This document shows, one piece after another, positions 39,351 through 49,111 of a stretch of 64,000 nucleotides of DNA (position 1 is its first letter; each line of letters begins with the position of its first letter). The position numbers were made by a program, and so were the translations under genes. The stretch is taken from the NCBI GenBank assembly GCA_963790475.1, contig CAWBOS010000012.1, forward strand, positions 928,001-992,000, read 5' to 3'. The notes under the pieces were generated by a model. It was not told the origin of the DNA and made no database searches. It was given only the letters and a program-made list of their open reading frames with translations. This stretch comes from an uncultured delta proteobacterium. Lineage in GTDB: Bacteria > Desulfobacterota > RBG-13-43-22.

Positions 39351-41174
39351 ATGGTCGAAAGAAAAAGATTTTTAGGAATTCTGGCGAGCGTAACCTTTCT
39401 TTTGTTTCTACTCGGTTTACTTCCCGGTATGGGAATGACCGCACCTGCGGAAAAAACCTACATGGGAATGGAGTGGGGAACGAAATATTGGCCAACTAAA
39501 CCGGTACGAGGGGGAATTACTAATTCCGCCTCCCCATTGTATATCGGTTTGATGAATCCCCATCACTGGCCGGTAAACGACTGGGTGACCTTAGGATTCT
39601 TCTATGAAAAACTCATTTACACCGATGGGAAATTCAGACCCGCGGTACCCTGGCTGGCTGAGTCCTGGAAATACATCAACGACGTGACGGTGGTTATGAA
39701 GCTCCGTCAAGGCGTTCAGTTTCATGACGGCTCTCCCTTCAATGCTGAAAGTCTCAAGTATCAAATGGAATGGATCATGGACCCCAAAAACGGGGCCTGG
39801 ACCCGATCCTGGCTGGAACCAATCGCTTCCATTGAAGTGGTGGACCCCTACACGGTCAAGTGGCATTTCAAGAGACCCTGGGCCGGATTCCTGGGTATGA
39901 TGGCTTATACCCCGGGATATGTCATTTCAGCCAAAGCCCTGAAGGCCGACGTCGCCTTGAGGGAGTACCAAAAATTGGCCGGCCAGGTGGACAGAGAAAA
40001 GAAAAATGTGGAGCAGGCCGAGAAGGAGGCCGCCGCCGCTACTGGTGAAGCGGCTGAAAAGGCCAAGGCCAAGCTGGAAACGGCCAAGAAAAAATTGGTG
40101 AGTCTGGAAGAAGAATATAAAAAGACGGCTGCTCTGGCTGAAGGGGCCAAGGATTTGGATAATAATCCGGTAGGGACGGGACCCTATATGTTGGAGGAGG
40201 GGAATCCCGGCAATTACGTAAAGTTAAAAAGGAACCCCAACTGGTGGTTTGGAAAATTTATCGGACATCCGGAAATGCCTTACTTTGACGGGATCAAAGT
40301 CAGCGTTATCCCCGATCCCTCGGTCAGACTGGCTGCCCTCAGGGCCGGAAAACTTGATACCATGTATGTCGATCCATCCCAGTACCCTATGATCAAAAAT
40401 GACCGAAATTTACAGATCTTTACTTATCCCGGGACCCATCTGGTCGCCATGCGTTTTAACTTGAAAGATGGCCCCTGCAAGGACATCAGGGTCCGCAAGG
40501 CCATATCCCATGCCCTCGATCGAAAGGCCCTGATTGCCGGGGTCACCTTCGGATTGGGCCGACCGGCCAGTTGTATGTATCCTACTGATCACTGGGCGCA
40601 TAATCCTAATCTTAAACCGGTCAGTTATGACCCTGAGCTCTCCAAGAAGTTGCTGGCCCAGGCCGGCTATAAAAACGGATTGACCATAAAGGGAAATATG
40701 GCCAACACGGCTGGATCAACCACTTTAGCGGAAGCCATCAAGGCCATGCTGGCCAAGGTGGGTATTACCTGGAATGTGGAGTTGCTCGATCCGGCGGCCA
40801 TCAGCGAAAAGCTGAGAAAAGTCGATTATGATTTTGCCGGAGGGGGTTGGGCCTGGATCTTCGACCCGGATCAAATGGCCACCGGACTTTACCATCCGGA
40901 GGGAGGTTTTAATTATGGAAGGAGTAACAACCCTAAAGCGATCGCTTTGATCGAAGCCGCCCGCAAAGAGCTTGACATCGAAAAGAGGACCAAGCTTTAT
41001 TGGGAGTTGGAAAAGGTGATTTATGACAATTACGAAGATGCTTTTCTATGGTATCCCATGGACATAACGATTTATCGTAAAAACGTCCTGGGGTGGAACA
41101 TGGATATGTATCTTAAAATGAGAGAAGCACAATACTATTCCCACCCCATGTGGTTTAAAAACGGAAAACCGTAA
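39351..41174 (+). CDS. ABC transporter substrate-binding protein, family 5 (paralog 2)
   Basis: Closely similar to 33236..35146 along its length (YWPTKPVRGG, WPVNDWVT, same insertion, HP(L/M)WFKNGK). Confidence 0.95.
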   Translation: MVERKRFLGILASVTFLLFLLGLLPGMGMTAPAEKTYMGMEWGTKYWPTKPVRGGITNSASPLYIGLMNPHHWPVNDWVTLGFFYEKLIYTDGKFRPAVPWLAESWKYINDVTVVMKLRQGVQFHDGSPFNAESLKYQMEWIMDPKNGAWTRSWLEPIASIEVVDPYTVKWHFKRPWAGFLGMMAYTPGYVISAKALKADVALREYQKLAGQVDREKKNVEQAEKEAAAATGEAAEKAKAKLETAKKKLVSLEEEYKKTAALAEGAKDLDNNPVGTGPYMLEEGNPGNYVKLKRNPNWWFGKFIGHPEMPYFDGIKVSVIPDPSVRLAALRAGKLDTMYVDPSQYPMIKNDRNLQIFTYPGTHLVAMRFNLKDGPCKDIRVRKAISHALDRKALIAGVTFGLGRPASCMYPTDHWAHNPNLKPVSYDPELSKKLLAQAGYKNGLTIKGNMANTAGSTTLAEAIKAMLAKVGITWNVELLDPAAISEKLRKVDYDFAGGGWAWIFDPDQMATGLYHPEGGFNYGRSNNPKAIALIEAARKELDIEKRTKLYWELEKVIYDNYEDAFLWYPMDITIYRKNVLGWNMDMYLKMREAQYYSHPMWFKNGKP

Positions 41175-41178
41175 AAAA

Positions 41179-41323
41179 ACAGGCTATAGGCTATCGGAGC
41201 CTCTTGCCTAAAGAACATTATTAATTATGAAAAAGGGTTTAAGGGGTCAAGGAGTCAAGGGGCCAAGTCAAAGGCGTAAAGTTAAAAGCCTCGAACCCTT
41301 GAATCCTCGAACCCTTGAACCCT
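41179..41323. repeat. AACAGGCTATAGGC motif plus inverted 8-mer tandem repeat
   Basis: ggtttaag gggtcaag gagtcaag gggccaag ... cctcgaac ccttgaat cctcgaac ccttgaac cct. Confidence 0.7.
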
Positions 41324-41348
41324 AATCTGAAATAAAAAGGAGAGAAAA

Positions 41349-42569
41349 ATGGCTTACAGAGACTTGGATTTTAATCTAACCGATGAACAAAAAGCTCTAA
41401 GAGATACCATCAGAAAGTTCGGCGCCGAGGTGATGCGCCCGGCCGGAGAAAAACTGGATAAGATGGCTAACCCGGCGGAGGTTATCGCCAAGGGATCGCC
41501 CCTGTGGGATGTAATCAGGACCTATCGTGAACTGGGATTTCATAAGAGAGCCCTTCCCAAGGCCCTGGGCGGGATGCAGGAAGATATGGACCCTATGTCC
41601 AATCTGCTCATTGGTGAAGAGATGGGCTATGCCGACGCCGGTCTGGCCATCAGTTTGGGGGCGGGCGGTATGCCTTTCGCTTACGCGGCCCTGTTCCCGA
41701 ATCCGAAGCTCCAGGAACTGGCCCGGGCCTACGCCGAAGACACCAAAGGGGAACTGGTCGGCTGTTGGGCCATCACCGAACCGGACCACGGCGGGGACTG
41801 GTCACTGGGTGGTGAGAACCCCAAGTGCGGCCCTTCGGTTCGGGGCGTTCTCAAAGGAGACGAGTATATCGTCAATGGTCAAAAGGCGGCCTGGGTCAGC
41901 AATGGGACCGTCGCCACCCATGCTGTTTTTCATGTCGGGCTGGAGCCCGAAAAGGGGATGATGGGTCAGGGCTTGGCCATTATTCCTCTTGATCTTCCCG
42001 GCATTACCAAAGGTAAACCGCTGGATAAAATCGGGCAGCGCGCCTTGAACCAAGGGGAGATTTTTTTTGAAGATGCAAGAATACCCAAAGAATACATGGT
42101 CGTAACACCTGATTTGGGAGTCATGGAGAACATGGGAGAATTCATCCTGGCCGGGGCCAACGGCGGCATGGCCATTACCTTTGCCGGATTGGCCAAGGCG
42201 GCTTATGATGAAGCCTTTAAATATGCCAATGAACGGATTCAGGGTGGTGTTCCGATTATCCAGCATCAGAATATTCAATTGAAGATATTCAAGATGTTTA
42301 CCCTGGTCGAAGCGGCCAGGGCCGCAACCCGCAGGATGGCGATGTATAATGCCGTTAATATGCCCCCTTCCGGGGCTCATGCCGTGGCCGCCAAATGCTT
42401 TTCGACGGAAACGGCCTTTCAGGTTTCCAGCGAAGCCGTACAAATTTTTGGCGGAAACGGATTAAGTCGGGAATATCCGGTCGAGAAGATGTTCCGGGAT
42501 GCCCGTTCGGCTATGATCGAAGATGGGGTCAATGAAACATTGTCCTTGTCCGCGGTGCAGTATTTGTAA
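41349..42569 (+). CDS. acyl-CoA dehydrogenase
   Basis: CWAITEPDHG, NGQKAWVSNG, YANERIQGG, QIFGGNG, EKMFRDAR..IEDG. Confidence 0.95.
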   Translation: MAYRDLDFNLTDEQKALRDTIRKFGAEVMRPAGEKLDKMANPAEVIAKGSPLWDVIRTYRELGFHKRALPKALGGMQEDMDPMSNLLIGEEMGYADAGLAISLGAGGMPFAYAALFPNPKLQELARAYAEDTKGELVGCWAITEPDHGGDWSLGGENPKCGPSVRGVLKGDEYIVNGQKAAWVSNGTVATHAVFHVGLEPEKGMMGQGLAIIPLDLPGITKGKPLDKIGQRALNQGEIFFEDARIPKEYMVVTPDLGVMENMGEFILAGANGGMAITFAGLAKAAYDEAFKYANERIQGGVPIIQHQNIQLKIFKMFTLVEAARAATRRMAMYNAVNMPPSGAHAVAAKCFSTETAFQVSSEAVQIFGGNGLSREYPVEKMFRDARSAMIEDGVNETLSLSAVQYL

Positions 42570-42575
42570 TCTACC

Positions 42576-42738
42576 GTATTCCGGCGGAAGCCGGAATCCA
42601 GAATCTCAACTCCTCTGGACCCCGGCTTCCGCCGGGGTGACAATATAAAAAATAATTCATTTGTGTCATTTCGACCGAAGGGAGAAATATTAGTTTCTTC
42701 CACTTGTATAAGATCACTCCCTCTCGTTCGGGATGACA
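42576..42738. repeat. two adjacent REP-like elements of different families
   Basis: Type A: GTATTCCGGCGGAAGCCGGAATCCAG..CTGGACCCCGGCTTCCGCCGGGGTGAC (42576-42641). Type B: TGTCATTTCGACCGAAGGGAGAAAT..CGTTCGGGATGACA (42664-42738). Confidence 0.8.
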
Positions 42739-42777
42739 AAAGAGATTGGATCATTCATTAAAACCGGGAGAAATATT

Positions 42778-44736
42778 ATGGCTAAGATGCTTTTCGAGCC
42801 TTTAGAAATCGGCAGCATGAAATTGAAAAACAGGATTGGTCTGGCTCCGATGCTCAACATGCCGGATGTCTGGACAACCTTTACCATTACCGACAGGACT
42901 ATAAAGTGGTTTGAGGCCAGGGCCAAAGGGGGCGCCGGACTGATCATGACCGGAACGTTTGTTCTGGATTTACTGGGTGTTCCCGGGGCTCTGGATCAAT
43001 TTAATAAATTGGCCGATACTGTCCATGCCTATGGAGCCAAATTGGGTGTGCAGGTTGGGGCTGGTGGTGTTCTGGGCGGGATAGGACCATCCCCCATGCC
43101 CTATCCGGACAAGCGACATCCCAAACAATCTATCTTTGAATACATGACCGGTGAATTATCTTTCATGCCCGGCATAGAAACAATTGTGGAAATCAGCCAA
43201 GAAGAAATTGAACGTCTGAAAGGGGCTTTCCCGGCGGCGGCCAAGGCTCTTAAGGATGCCGGAGTGGATTGCGTGGAACTCCATTGCGCCCATGGCGGGG
43301 CCACCCTCTACTGTGCCTTCATTTCACCGTTCTACAACCGGCGCCAAGATGAGTACGGCGGGAGCTGGGAAAACAGGCTGCGCTTTCCGGTGGAAACTAT
43401 CAAGGGAATAAGGGCGGCCGTAGGACCGGATTATCCCATCCTGGCCAGGATCGATGCCGATGAGTTGTTGGGCCAAGAAGGGATCACGGTGGAGGATACG
43501 GTTAAGTTCACCGTCCCGGCTCTGGAGGGTGCAGGAGTGAGCTGTTTTGATGTGACCCAGGGATCTATTCTGCATTCCCCTGAAGGCATCACCATACCGC
43601 TTTATTATAAACGCGGATGCTATATTCAACACGCTGAGGCGGTTAAAAAGGCCAGCAAACTGCCGGTCATCGGGGTGGGAAGGATCGTCGATCTGGACAT
43701 GGCCGAAAAGTTTTTACAGGAGGGCAAGGCCGATGTTATCTACCTGGGCCGCCAACTGACTTCGGATCCGGAAACACCCAACAAATATGTCCAGGGCCGG
43801 ACGGATGAAATCAGGAAATGCATCGGCTGTCTTGAGGGTTGTGGGAATCCTTGCCCGGTCAATTATGATATTTTTCCTGATGCCATCCCTTTTATCCCGG
43901 CGGAAAAGAAAAAAAAGATCCTTATCATCGGCGGCGGCGTGGCCGGTATGGAGGCCGCCAGAATATGCGCCCTTCGTGGGCATCAGGTGGTATTGATGGA
44001 AAAGGAGGCTGCTTTGGGAGGGACCGTTGCCGCTCTGGCCCAAGACCCTCTTTCTGCAGAATTTAAAAATTTTGTGGAGTATCTAGGGACCCAGATGAGG
44101 AAGTTAAACATTGATGTGCGGGTCTGCCGGGAAGCCGATGCGTCGATTATTGAAGAAATAAAGCCGGAAGCAATTATCCTGGCAACAGGGGCTTCCTTGA
44201 GAATTCCGGATTTGGCTGAAAATAAACCCGGCGTACTGGACCATGTGGAAGCCCTGAAAAATCGCCCGGCCATAGGGCAGAAAGTGGTGGTCTGGGGATT
44301 GATGTATGGGGCTGAATTTGCCATATCCCTGGCCAGAGAAGGGAAAGAAGTCACCCTGATCGGGGAAGCCGGGGAAGATACCCTGGCCAGCCATGCCTCC
44401 ATGAACCGGAGATGGTGGATCGTCAGAAAGTTAGTTGATATCAGTGTTGTCAGGGCCAGCGCTGAGGCGCAAAAAGTGTCCAATCCCAAGGTGCTCTTCC
44501 ATATTAAAGTGGAGGACATCAACTCTGAAGGAATTGTGGTGACAGACAAGGAAGGGAAACGGAATATTTTACCTTTCGATACCTTGATTATTTCCAGAGG
44601 GCGGAAGAAAAACGACGAACTTTTTACGGAGATCGAACAAAAGGCCCCGGAAGTGTATAAGATCGGCGATTGCTCCGCTGCCGGGAATATTTTGGGGGCC
44701 GTCTGGAGTGCCAACGAGGTGGCGAGAAAAATTTAA
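42778..44736 (+). CDS. old yellow enzyme family flavin/Fe-S oxidoreductase (2,4-dienoyl-CoA reductase/BaiH-like architecture)
   Basis: LKNRIGLAPM, ARAKGGAGLI, NRRQDEYGGSWENRLRF, CIGCLEGC..CPVN, GGGVAGMEAA FAD domain. Confidence 0.92.
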   Translation: MAKMLFEPLEIGSMKLKNRIGLAPMLNMPDVWTTFTITDRTIKWFEARAKGGAGLIMTGTFVLDLLGVPGALDQFNKLADTVHAYGAKLGVQVGAGGVLGGIGPSPMPYPDKRHPKQSIFEYMTGELSFMPGIETIVEISQEEIERLKGAFPAAAKALKDAGVDCVELHCAHGGATLYCAFISPFYNRRQDEYGGSWENRLRFPVETIKGIRAAVGPDYPILARIDADELLGQEGITVEDTVKFTVPALEGAGVSCFDVTQGSILHSPEGITIPLYYKRGCYIQHAEAVKKASKLPVIGVGRIVDLDMAEKFLQEGKADVIYLGRQLTSDPETPNKYVQGRTDEIRKCIGCLEGCGNPCPVNYDIFPDAIPFIPAEKKKKILIIGGGVAGMEAARICALRGHQVVLMEKEAALGGTVAALAQDPLSAEFKNFVEYLGTQMRKLNIDVRVCREADASIIEEIKPEAIILATGASLRIPDLAENKPGVLDHVEALKNRPAIGQKVVVWGLMYGAEFAISLAREGKEVTLIGEAGEDTLASHASMNRRWWIVRKLVDISVVRASAEAQKVSNPKVLFHIKVEDINSEGIVVTDKEGKRNILPFDTLIISRGRKKNDELFTEIEQKAPEVYKIGDCSAAGNILGAVWSANEVARKI

Positions 44737-44798
44737 ATAAAACCGTTCGTCGTTCGGCGTTTATCGGAAATCAATTTTTTTACCAAAACCCAAAATTC

Positions 44799-44875
44799 GT
44801 CATTCCGGCGAAAGCCGGAATCCAGTGTTTTTGAAAAGTTGTTTCTTCCTGGACCCCGCCTTTCGCCGGGGTGAC
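44799..44875. repeat. REP-like inverted pair (type A)
   Basis: GTCATTCCGGCGAAAGCCGGAATCCAG ... CTGGACCCCGCCTTTCGCCGGGGTGAC. Confidence 0.85.
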
Positions 44876-44939
44876 AGCAAAAGAGTACTGGAATAATAAA
44901 ATAAACCTGATCATTTTAGGAAATCTCAAAGGAGTCCTT

Positions 44940-45782
44940 ATGGCTGAACTAAAATATTTTCAGATTGAAACAGATGGCCCGATCATCATCTGGAAGTTCC
45001 ACAATCCTCCCCAGAACCTGATGAACGTAGAGGCTATGACTGAGCTGGGAGAGCAGGTGGATGCCTTTGACCAGAACCCTGAGCTTCGTGTCGGGATCTA
45101 TACCAGTGCCACCCCCGGTCTTTTTGTCCAGCACTTCGATGTCTCCATTCTCAAAGACTGGGGTCAGGGCTTGAGCCAATTACCCAAAGAGGAGGTGGCC
45201 CAACAACTGGCCCTGCTTCCTCCCCCTCAAGGGCTTTCCGGTCATACCAAGAAGCCTATCATCTGTGCCATCAACGGTCCGGTGGAAGGGGGCGGTTGTG
45301 AAATGTCCCTGGGTTGTGATTTTCGTTTTATTTCACGAGACTCGTTTATGGCCCAACCGGAGGTCTATCTCGGCTTTCCTCCCGGCGGCGGGGGCACCCA
45401 GCGTCTGGCCAGACTTCTGGGATCGGCCAAGGCCCTGGAACTATGTCTCACCGGGCGTAGAATCTACGCCGACGAAGCGGAAAGACTCGGTCTGGTCACC
45501 AAGGCCTGTGATCCAAATGAACTCATGCCTGTGGTCCTGGCCTTTGCCCGAGAACTGGCGAACAAACCAATGGTGGGAGTCATAAATATTAAAAAGTGCA
45601 TTTACGAAGGTTTGGACGTGACTCTTCAGGAAGGTCTGCTTCTTGAACGTAGGATTTTTTTTGAATCCCTCCTGAATCCCGAGACTTTGGAACTTATGAA
45701 ACTCTACGTGGAAACAGGACAAGACAGAGAAAAGGCGCTTGAATTCCTGCAAGAGAAGCTACAGGCAGAGAAAGAAATATAA
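44940..45782 (+). CDS. enoyl-CoA hydratase/isomerase
   Basis: KPIICAINGPVEGGGCEMSLGCD and QPEV..G..PGGGGTQRL (both catalytic Glu present); AAGGAG RBS before ATG 44940. Confidence 0.93.
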   Translation: MAELKYFQIETDGPIIIWKFHNPPQNLMNVEAMTELGEQVDAFDQNPELRVGIYTSATPGLFVQHFDVSILKDWGQGLSQLPKEEVAQQLALLPPPQGLSGHTKKPIICAINGPVEGGGCEMSLGCDFRFISRDSFMAQPEVYLGFPPGGGGTQRLARLLGSAKALELCLTGRRIYADEAERLGLVTKACDPNELMPVVLAFARELANKPMVGVINIKKCIYEGLDVTLQEGLLLERRIFFESLLNPETLELMKLYVETGQDREKALEFLQEKLQAEKEI

Positions 45783-45796
45783 TGAGGGATCAGGAA

Positions 45797-46067
45797 TTGA
45801 CGAATTCGTGAATAATCGTCGCCCCGGCGAAAGCCGGGGTCCAGGCAATTAACATCAGTCAAAAATACTGGATTCCGGCTTTCGAGGCTGTGTCGCAATT
45901 ACTTTTTTTGTCATTTCGAAGCGAAGCGAGAAATCTTGGCCTTAATAAGTTCAACATGTTAAGATTCCTCTCACACCTTTGGGATGGCACTTATTTCAAT
46001 TGCGACACGGTCTCTTCGCCAGAGGAATGACGAATCCGGGCTCCGGCGACTTTTTACGAAGTTTCCA
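45797..46067. mobile_element. MITE/REP element interrupted by a second MITE
   Basis: Outer ends TTGACGAATTCGTGAATAATC / GACTTTTTACGAAGTTTCCA; the right arm of the type A REP is split at 45884-46014. Confidence 0.75.
45884..46014. mobile_element. 131-bp MITE with 17-bp terminal inverted repeats and 3-bp target duplication (TTC)
   Basis: ttc|GAGGCTGTGTCGCAATT ... AATTGCGACACGGTCTC|ttc. Removing it restores GGCTTTCGCC of the host REP. It carries a type B REP inside. Confidence 0.8.
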
Positions 46068-46109
46068 TTGATAAACATTGCTGGTTTATTCTTGAAGGAG
46101 ATAATAAAA

Positions 46110-47702
46110 ATGACCGAACAACAAATGTTGAATTACCTGCCCGATCTCATTGAGTATCAGGCCAAAACATTAGGTAATAAACCCTACATCCTCTGGGGAG
46201 AAGAAAAAATAAGTTTTGAAGAGTTCAATCGGGCAACCTGCCGTGCGGCTAATGGACTGGCGGCCTATGGGGCAAAAGAAGGGGATGGATTGGCCATCCT
46301 CATGGGAAATTGCCCGGAATTCCTTTATCTCTTCTACGGACTGCCCCGGGGAGGATTTTACACGGTCCCCGTCAATGTCTCTTTGAAAGGGGAAGGATTG
46401 AAATTCATCCTTACCCACTCGGAGGTAAAATTTCTGGCCGTGGATGATACCCTGTATCCCAAGGTCGCTGAACTCGGGACCCCCCTGGGGACCATCAAGA
46501 AGATCTTTGTTCACCGAACCACGGAGAATCCGCTCCCCGAAGGGACGATAGATCTTCAGGAATTATTAAAGGCTTCATCTGAAAAACCCAACTACCAGAT
46601 GAAGGAAGGGACCATGGCCTATCTGATGTATACCTCGGGAACAACAGGCTTTCCCAAAGGGGTGGTCAACCGGAACCGGGCCGGAGCGGCGGAGTGGTTC
46701 CGGTTTGTGGCCTCTCAGATGATCAATCCCGGGGAGGACATCCTCTATACCTGTCTGCCGTTATTTCACGCCAATGCCCTTATCCTGACCGCAGGATGGG
46801 CCATGGCCGGAGGAGTTTCCTTTGGATTGGACAAAAAATTCTCGGCTTCTCAATTTTGGGACCGAATCCGATTTTATGGCGCGACCCAATTTAATGGACT
46901 GGGGGCCATGATCCCTATCCTCATGAAGCAGCCGGAGAAACCCAATGACGCGGACAACCCGGTTCGTGTCGTCCACTCCGCCGCCTGCCCGGCCAACCTT
47001 TGGCAAGCCTTTGAAAAGCGATTTAACATCAAGCTCTGGGAGGGATACGGGGCTGTTGATGGAGGTGGGGTCACCATCTCCAATCAGGGTGATGCCCCGG
47101 TCGGCTCGGTCGGTAAACCACCCCCGCACATTATTTGGAAACTGGTCGATGAAAATGGAATTGAAGCGCCCCAGGGGGAACCGGGAGAATTGATCTCTCA
47201 GGTTTTGGATAGAAAGACCGGCGGCGTCGAATATTTCAAAAACCCCAAGGCCTCCGCTGAAAAGGTGGTAGGGGATTGGATCCATAGCGGCGATCTCTTT
47301 TATGCCGATAAGGACGGCTTCCTCTTCTTTTTAGATCGAAAGACGGATTCCATGCGTCGGCGGGGAGAAAATATTTCTTCCTTTGAGGTCGAAAATGTGG
47401 TGGAAAAATTTCCTGCCGTGGCCGAATGCGCGGCCTTTGGCGTCCCTTCAGAATTGGGTGAAGACGAAGTGATGATTTGGGTCAAGCCCAGAGAAGGCCT
47501 TCAGCTTGACCTCAAAGAACTGATTGGTTTTTGCGCTGAGAACATGGCCCATTTTATGGTCCCAAGGTTTGTGGATGTAGTGGAAGACATCCCCAGAACC
47601 AGCACTTTGCGGATCATCAAGGCCGATATGAAAAAAAGAGGGGTTTCTGATCGGACCTGGGACCGGGAGAAAGAGGCACCGGAACTGAAGATTAAAAAAT
47701 AG
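46110..47702 (+). CDS. ATP-dependent acyl-CoA synthetase (CaiC-like)
   Basis: MYTSGTTGFPKGV, LPLFHANA, EGYG, WIHSGDL, DRKTDSMRRRGENISSFEVE. Confidence 0.93.
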   Translation: MTEQQMLNYLPDLIEYQAKTLGNKPYILWGEEKISFEEFNRATCRAANGLAAYGAKEGDGLAILMGNCPEFLYLFYGLPRGGFYTVPVNVSLKGEGLKFILTHSEVKFLAVDDTLYPKVAELGTPLGTIKKIFVHRTTENPLPEGTIDLQELLKASSEKPNYQMKEGTMAYLMYTSGTTGFPKGVVNRNRAGAAEWFRFVASQMINPGEDILYTCLPLFHANALILTAGWAMAGGVSFGLDKKFSASQFWDRIRFYGATQFNGLGAMIPILMKQPEKPNDADNPVRVVHSAACPANLWQAFEKRFNIKLWEGYGAVDGGGVTISNQGDAPVGSVGKPPPHIIWKLVDENGIEAPQGEPGELISQVLDRKTGGVEYFKNPKASAEKVVGDWIHSGDLFYADKDGFLFFLDRKTDSMRRRGENISSFEVENVVEKFPAVAECAAFGVPSELGEDEVMIWVKPREGLQLDLKELIGFCAENMAHFMVPRFVDVVEDIPRTSTLRIIKADMKKRGVSDRTWDREKEAPELKIKK

Positions 47703-47812
47703 GTGTAAGGTTTAAGGTTCAAGGTTTAAGGCCAAAAACACAAAATCGAATACAAAGAATATTTATTGCCTTTGCCTTTGCCTTAACCTTATACCTTATA
47801 CCTTATACCTTT
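47701..47812. repeat. inverted heptamer tandem repeat (AGGTTTA)n/(ACCTTAT)n
   Basis: aggtgta aggttta aggttca aggttta agg ... accttat accttat accttat acctt. Confidence 0.8.
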
Positions 47813-47830
47813 TATTTATTGGAGGAACTT

Positions 47831-49111
47831 ATGAGTAACAAGGTTTATATTATCGGAGTAGGAATGACTAAATTCGGCAAGCATCTGGATCTGGGGATCA
47901 AACAATTGACTGGCCAAGCCCTTGATCTGGTATTGAAGGATGCTGGATTGGAGAGGAAGGATTTGGAGGCGGCCTGGTTTTCCAATACCGGCTGGGGGAT
48001 AAGTGCCTATCAGCATGGGATACGGGGCCAGGTGGCCCTTTCAGCCAATGGCTTGGACAAAATTGCCATGACCAATGTGGAAAATGCCTGTGCCAGCGGG
48101 AGTACGGCCTTTCATAACGGCTGGGCGGCCATCAAGGCCGGGATCTACGATTGCGTTCTGGCCATAGGGGCTGAAAAAATGTACTTTGTGTCGGCGGACC
48201 CGAAAGACCGGGCCAGGTCCTTTGAAGGGTTTATCTCCGGAACGGATGTGGAGGAAACCCGGGCCATGATGGAGAAGCAAAAAGAGGCCGCCAGGCTGAA
48301 AAAGGAACAGATGGAAAAGGAGGCCCGGGAAAAGGGCCTGGAAATAAAAAAGGAGGAGGGGTCCAAAGGGGGCCATTCCATTTTTATGGACTTTTATGGA
48401 GCCGGAGCCCGGAGGCACATGAAGGAATATGGGACCACTCAGCGTCAACTGGCGGTTATTGCCGCCAAGGCGCACAACAACTCGGTGCTGAATCCTCTGG
48501 CCCAATATACCTTTCCACAAACCGTGGAGCAGGTCATGCAGGACCGGGTAGTGTCCTTTCCTCTGACCAGGGCCATGTGCGCTCCTATCGGAGACGGTGC
48601 GGCGGCGGCCATTCTTTGCAGTGAAAATTTTCTAAAGAAACATTCCGCGGACCGGGTCGTTCTGGTCCGCGCCTCCGTCCTGAAATCGGGAACAAGAACA
48701 GGGCCCAACGATGTCACCGCTCGGGCCTGCAAGGCGGCCTATGAACAGGCCGGTCTCGGGCCGGAGGATATCCATGTGGTCGAAGTTCATGATGCTACCG
48801 CCTTTGGTGAGCTCGTCCAATCCGAGGAGATGGGCTTTTGTCCCAAGGGTGAGGGGGGACCCTTTGCCGAAAGCGGGGCCACGGCCCTTGACGGCCGGAT
48901 ACCGATCAACCCCAGTGGAGGACTCATCTCGCGCGGCCATCCCATCGGGGCTTCCGGCCTGGCCCAAATGTACGAGTTAGTGACCCATTTACGTGGGGAA
49001 GCGGGAAAGCGTCAGGTGAAAAATCCACGCATTGCCATGACCGAAAACGGCGGCGGAACCATCGGCAACGGCGAGGCGGCCATGACCATCCATATTTTGG
49101 AGAAGGTCTGA
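47831..49111 (+). CDS. SCP2/SCPx-type thiolase
   Basis: IGVGMTKFG, NVENACASG, EVHDA, INPSGGL..RGHPIGASG. Confidence 0.93.
   Translation: MSNKVYIIGVGMTKFGKHLDLGIKQLTGQALDLVLKDAGLERKDLEAAWFSNTGWGISAYQHGIRGQVALSANGLDKIAMTNVENACASGSTAFHNGWAAIKAGIYDCVLAIGAEKMYFVSADPKDRARSFEGFISGTDVEETRAMMEKQKEAARLKKEQMEKEAREKGLEIKKEEGSKGGHSIFMDFYGAGARRHMKEYGTTQRQLAVIAAKAHNNSVLNPLAQYTFPQTVEQVMQDRVVSFPLTRAMCAPIGDGAAAAILCSENFLKKHSADRVVLVRASVLKSGTRTGPNDVTARACKAAYEQAGLGPEDIHVVEVHDATAFGELVQSEEMGFCPKGEGGPFAESGATALDGRIPINPSGGLISRGHPIGASGLAQMYELVTHLRGEAGKRQVKNPRIAMTENGGGTIGNGEAAMTIHILEKV

Noticed and set aside
42733-46109. N-terminal extensions given by the ORF track for the OYE, crotonase and CoA ligase genes
   Set aside because: The upstream starts fall inside REP/MITE sequence; downstream ATGs (42778, 44940, 46110) have proper RBSs.
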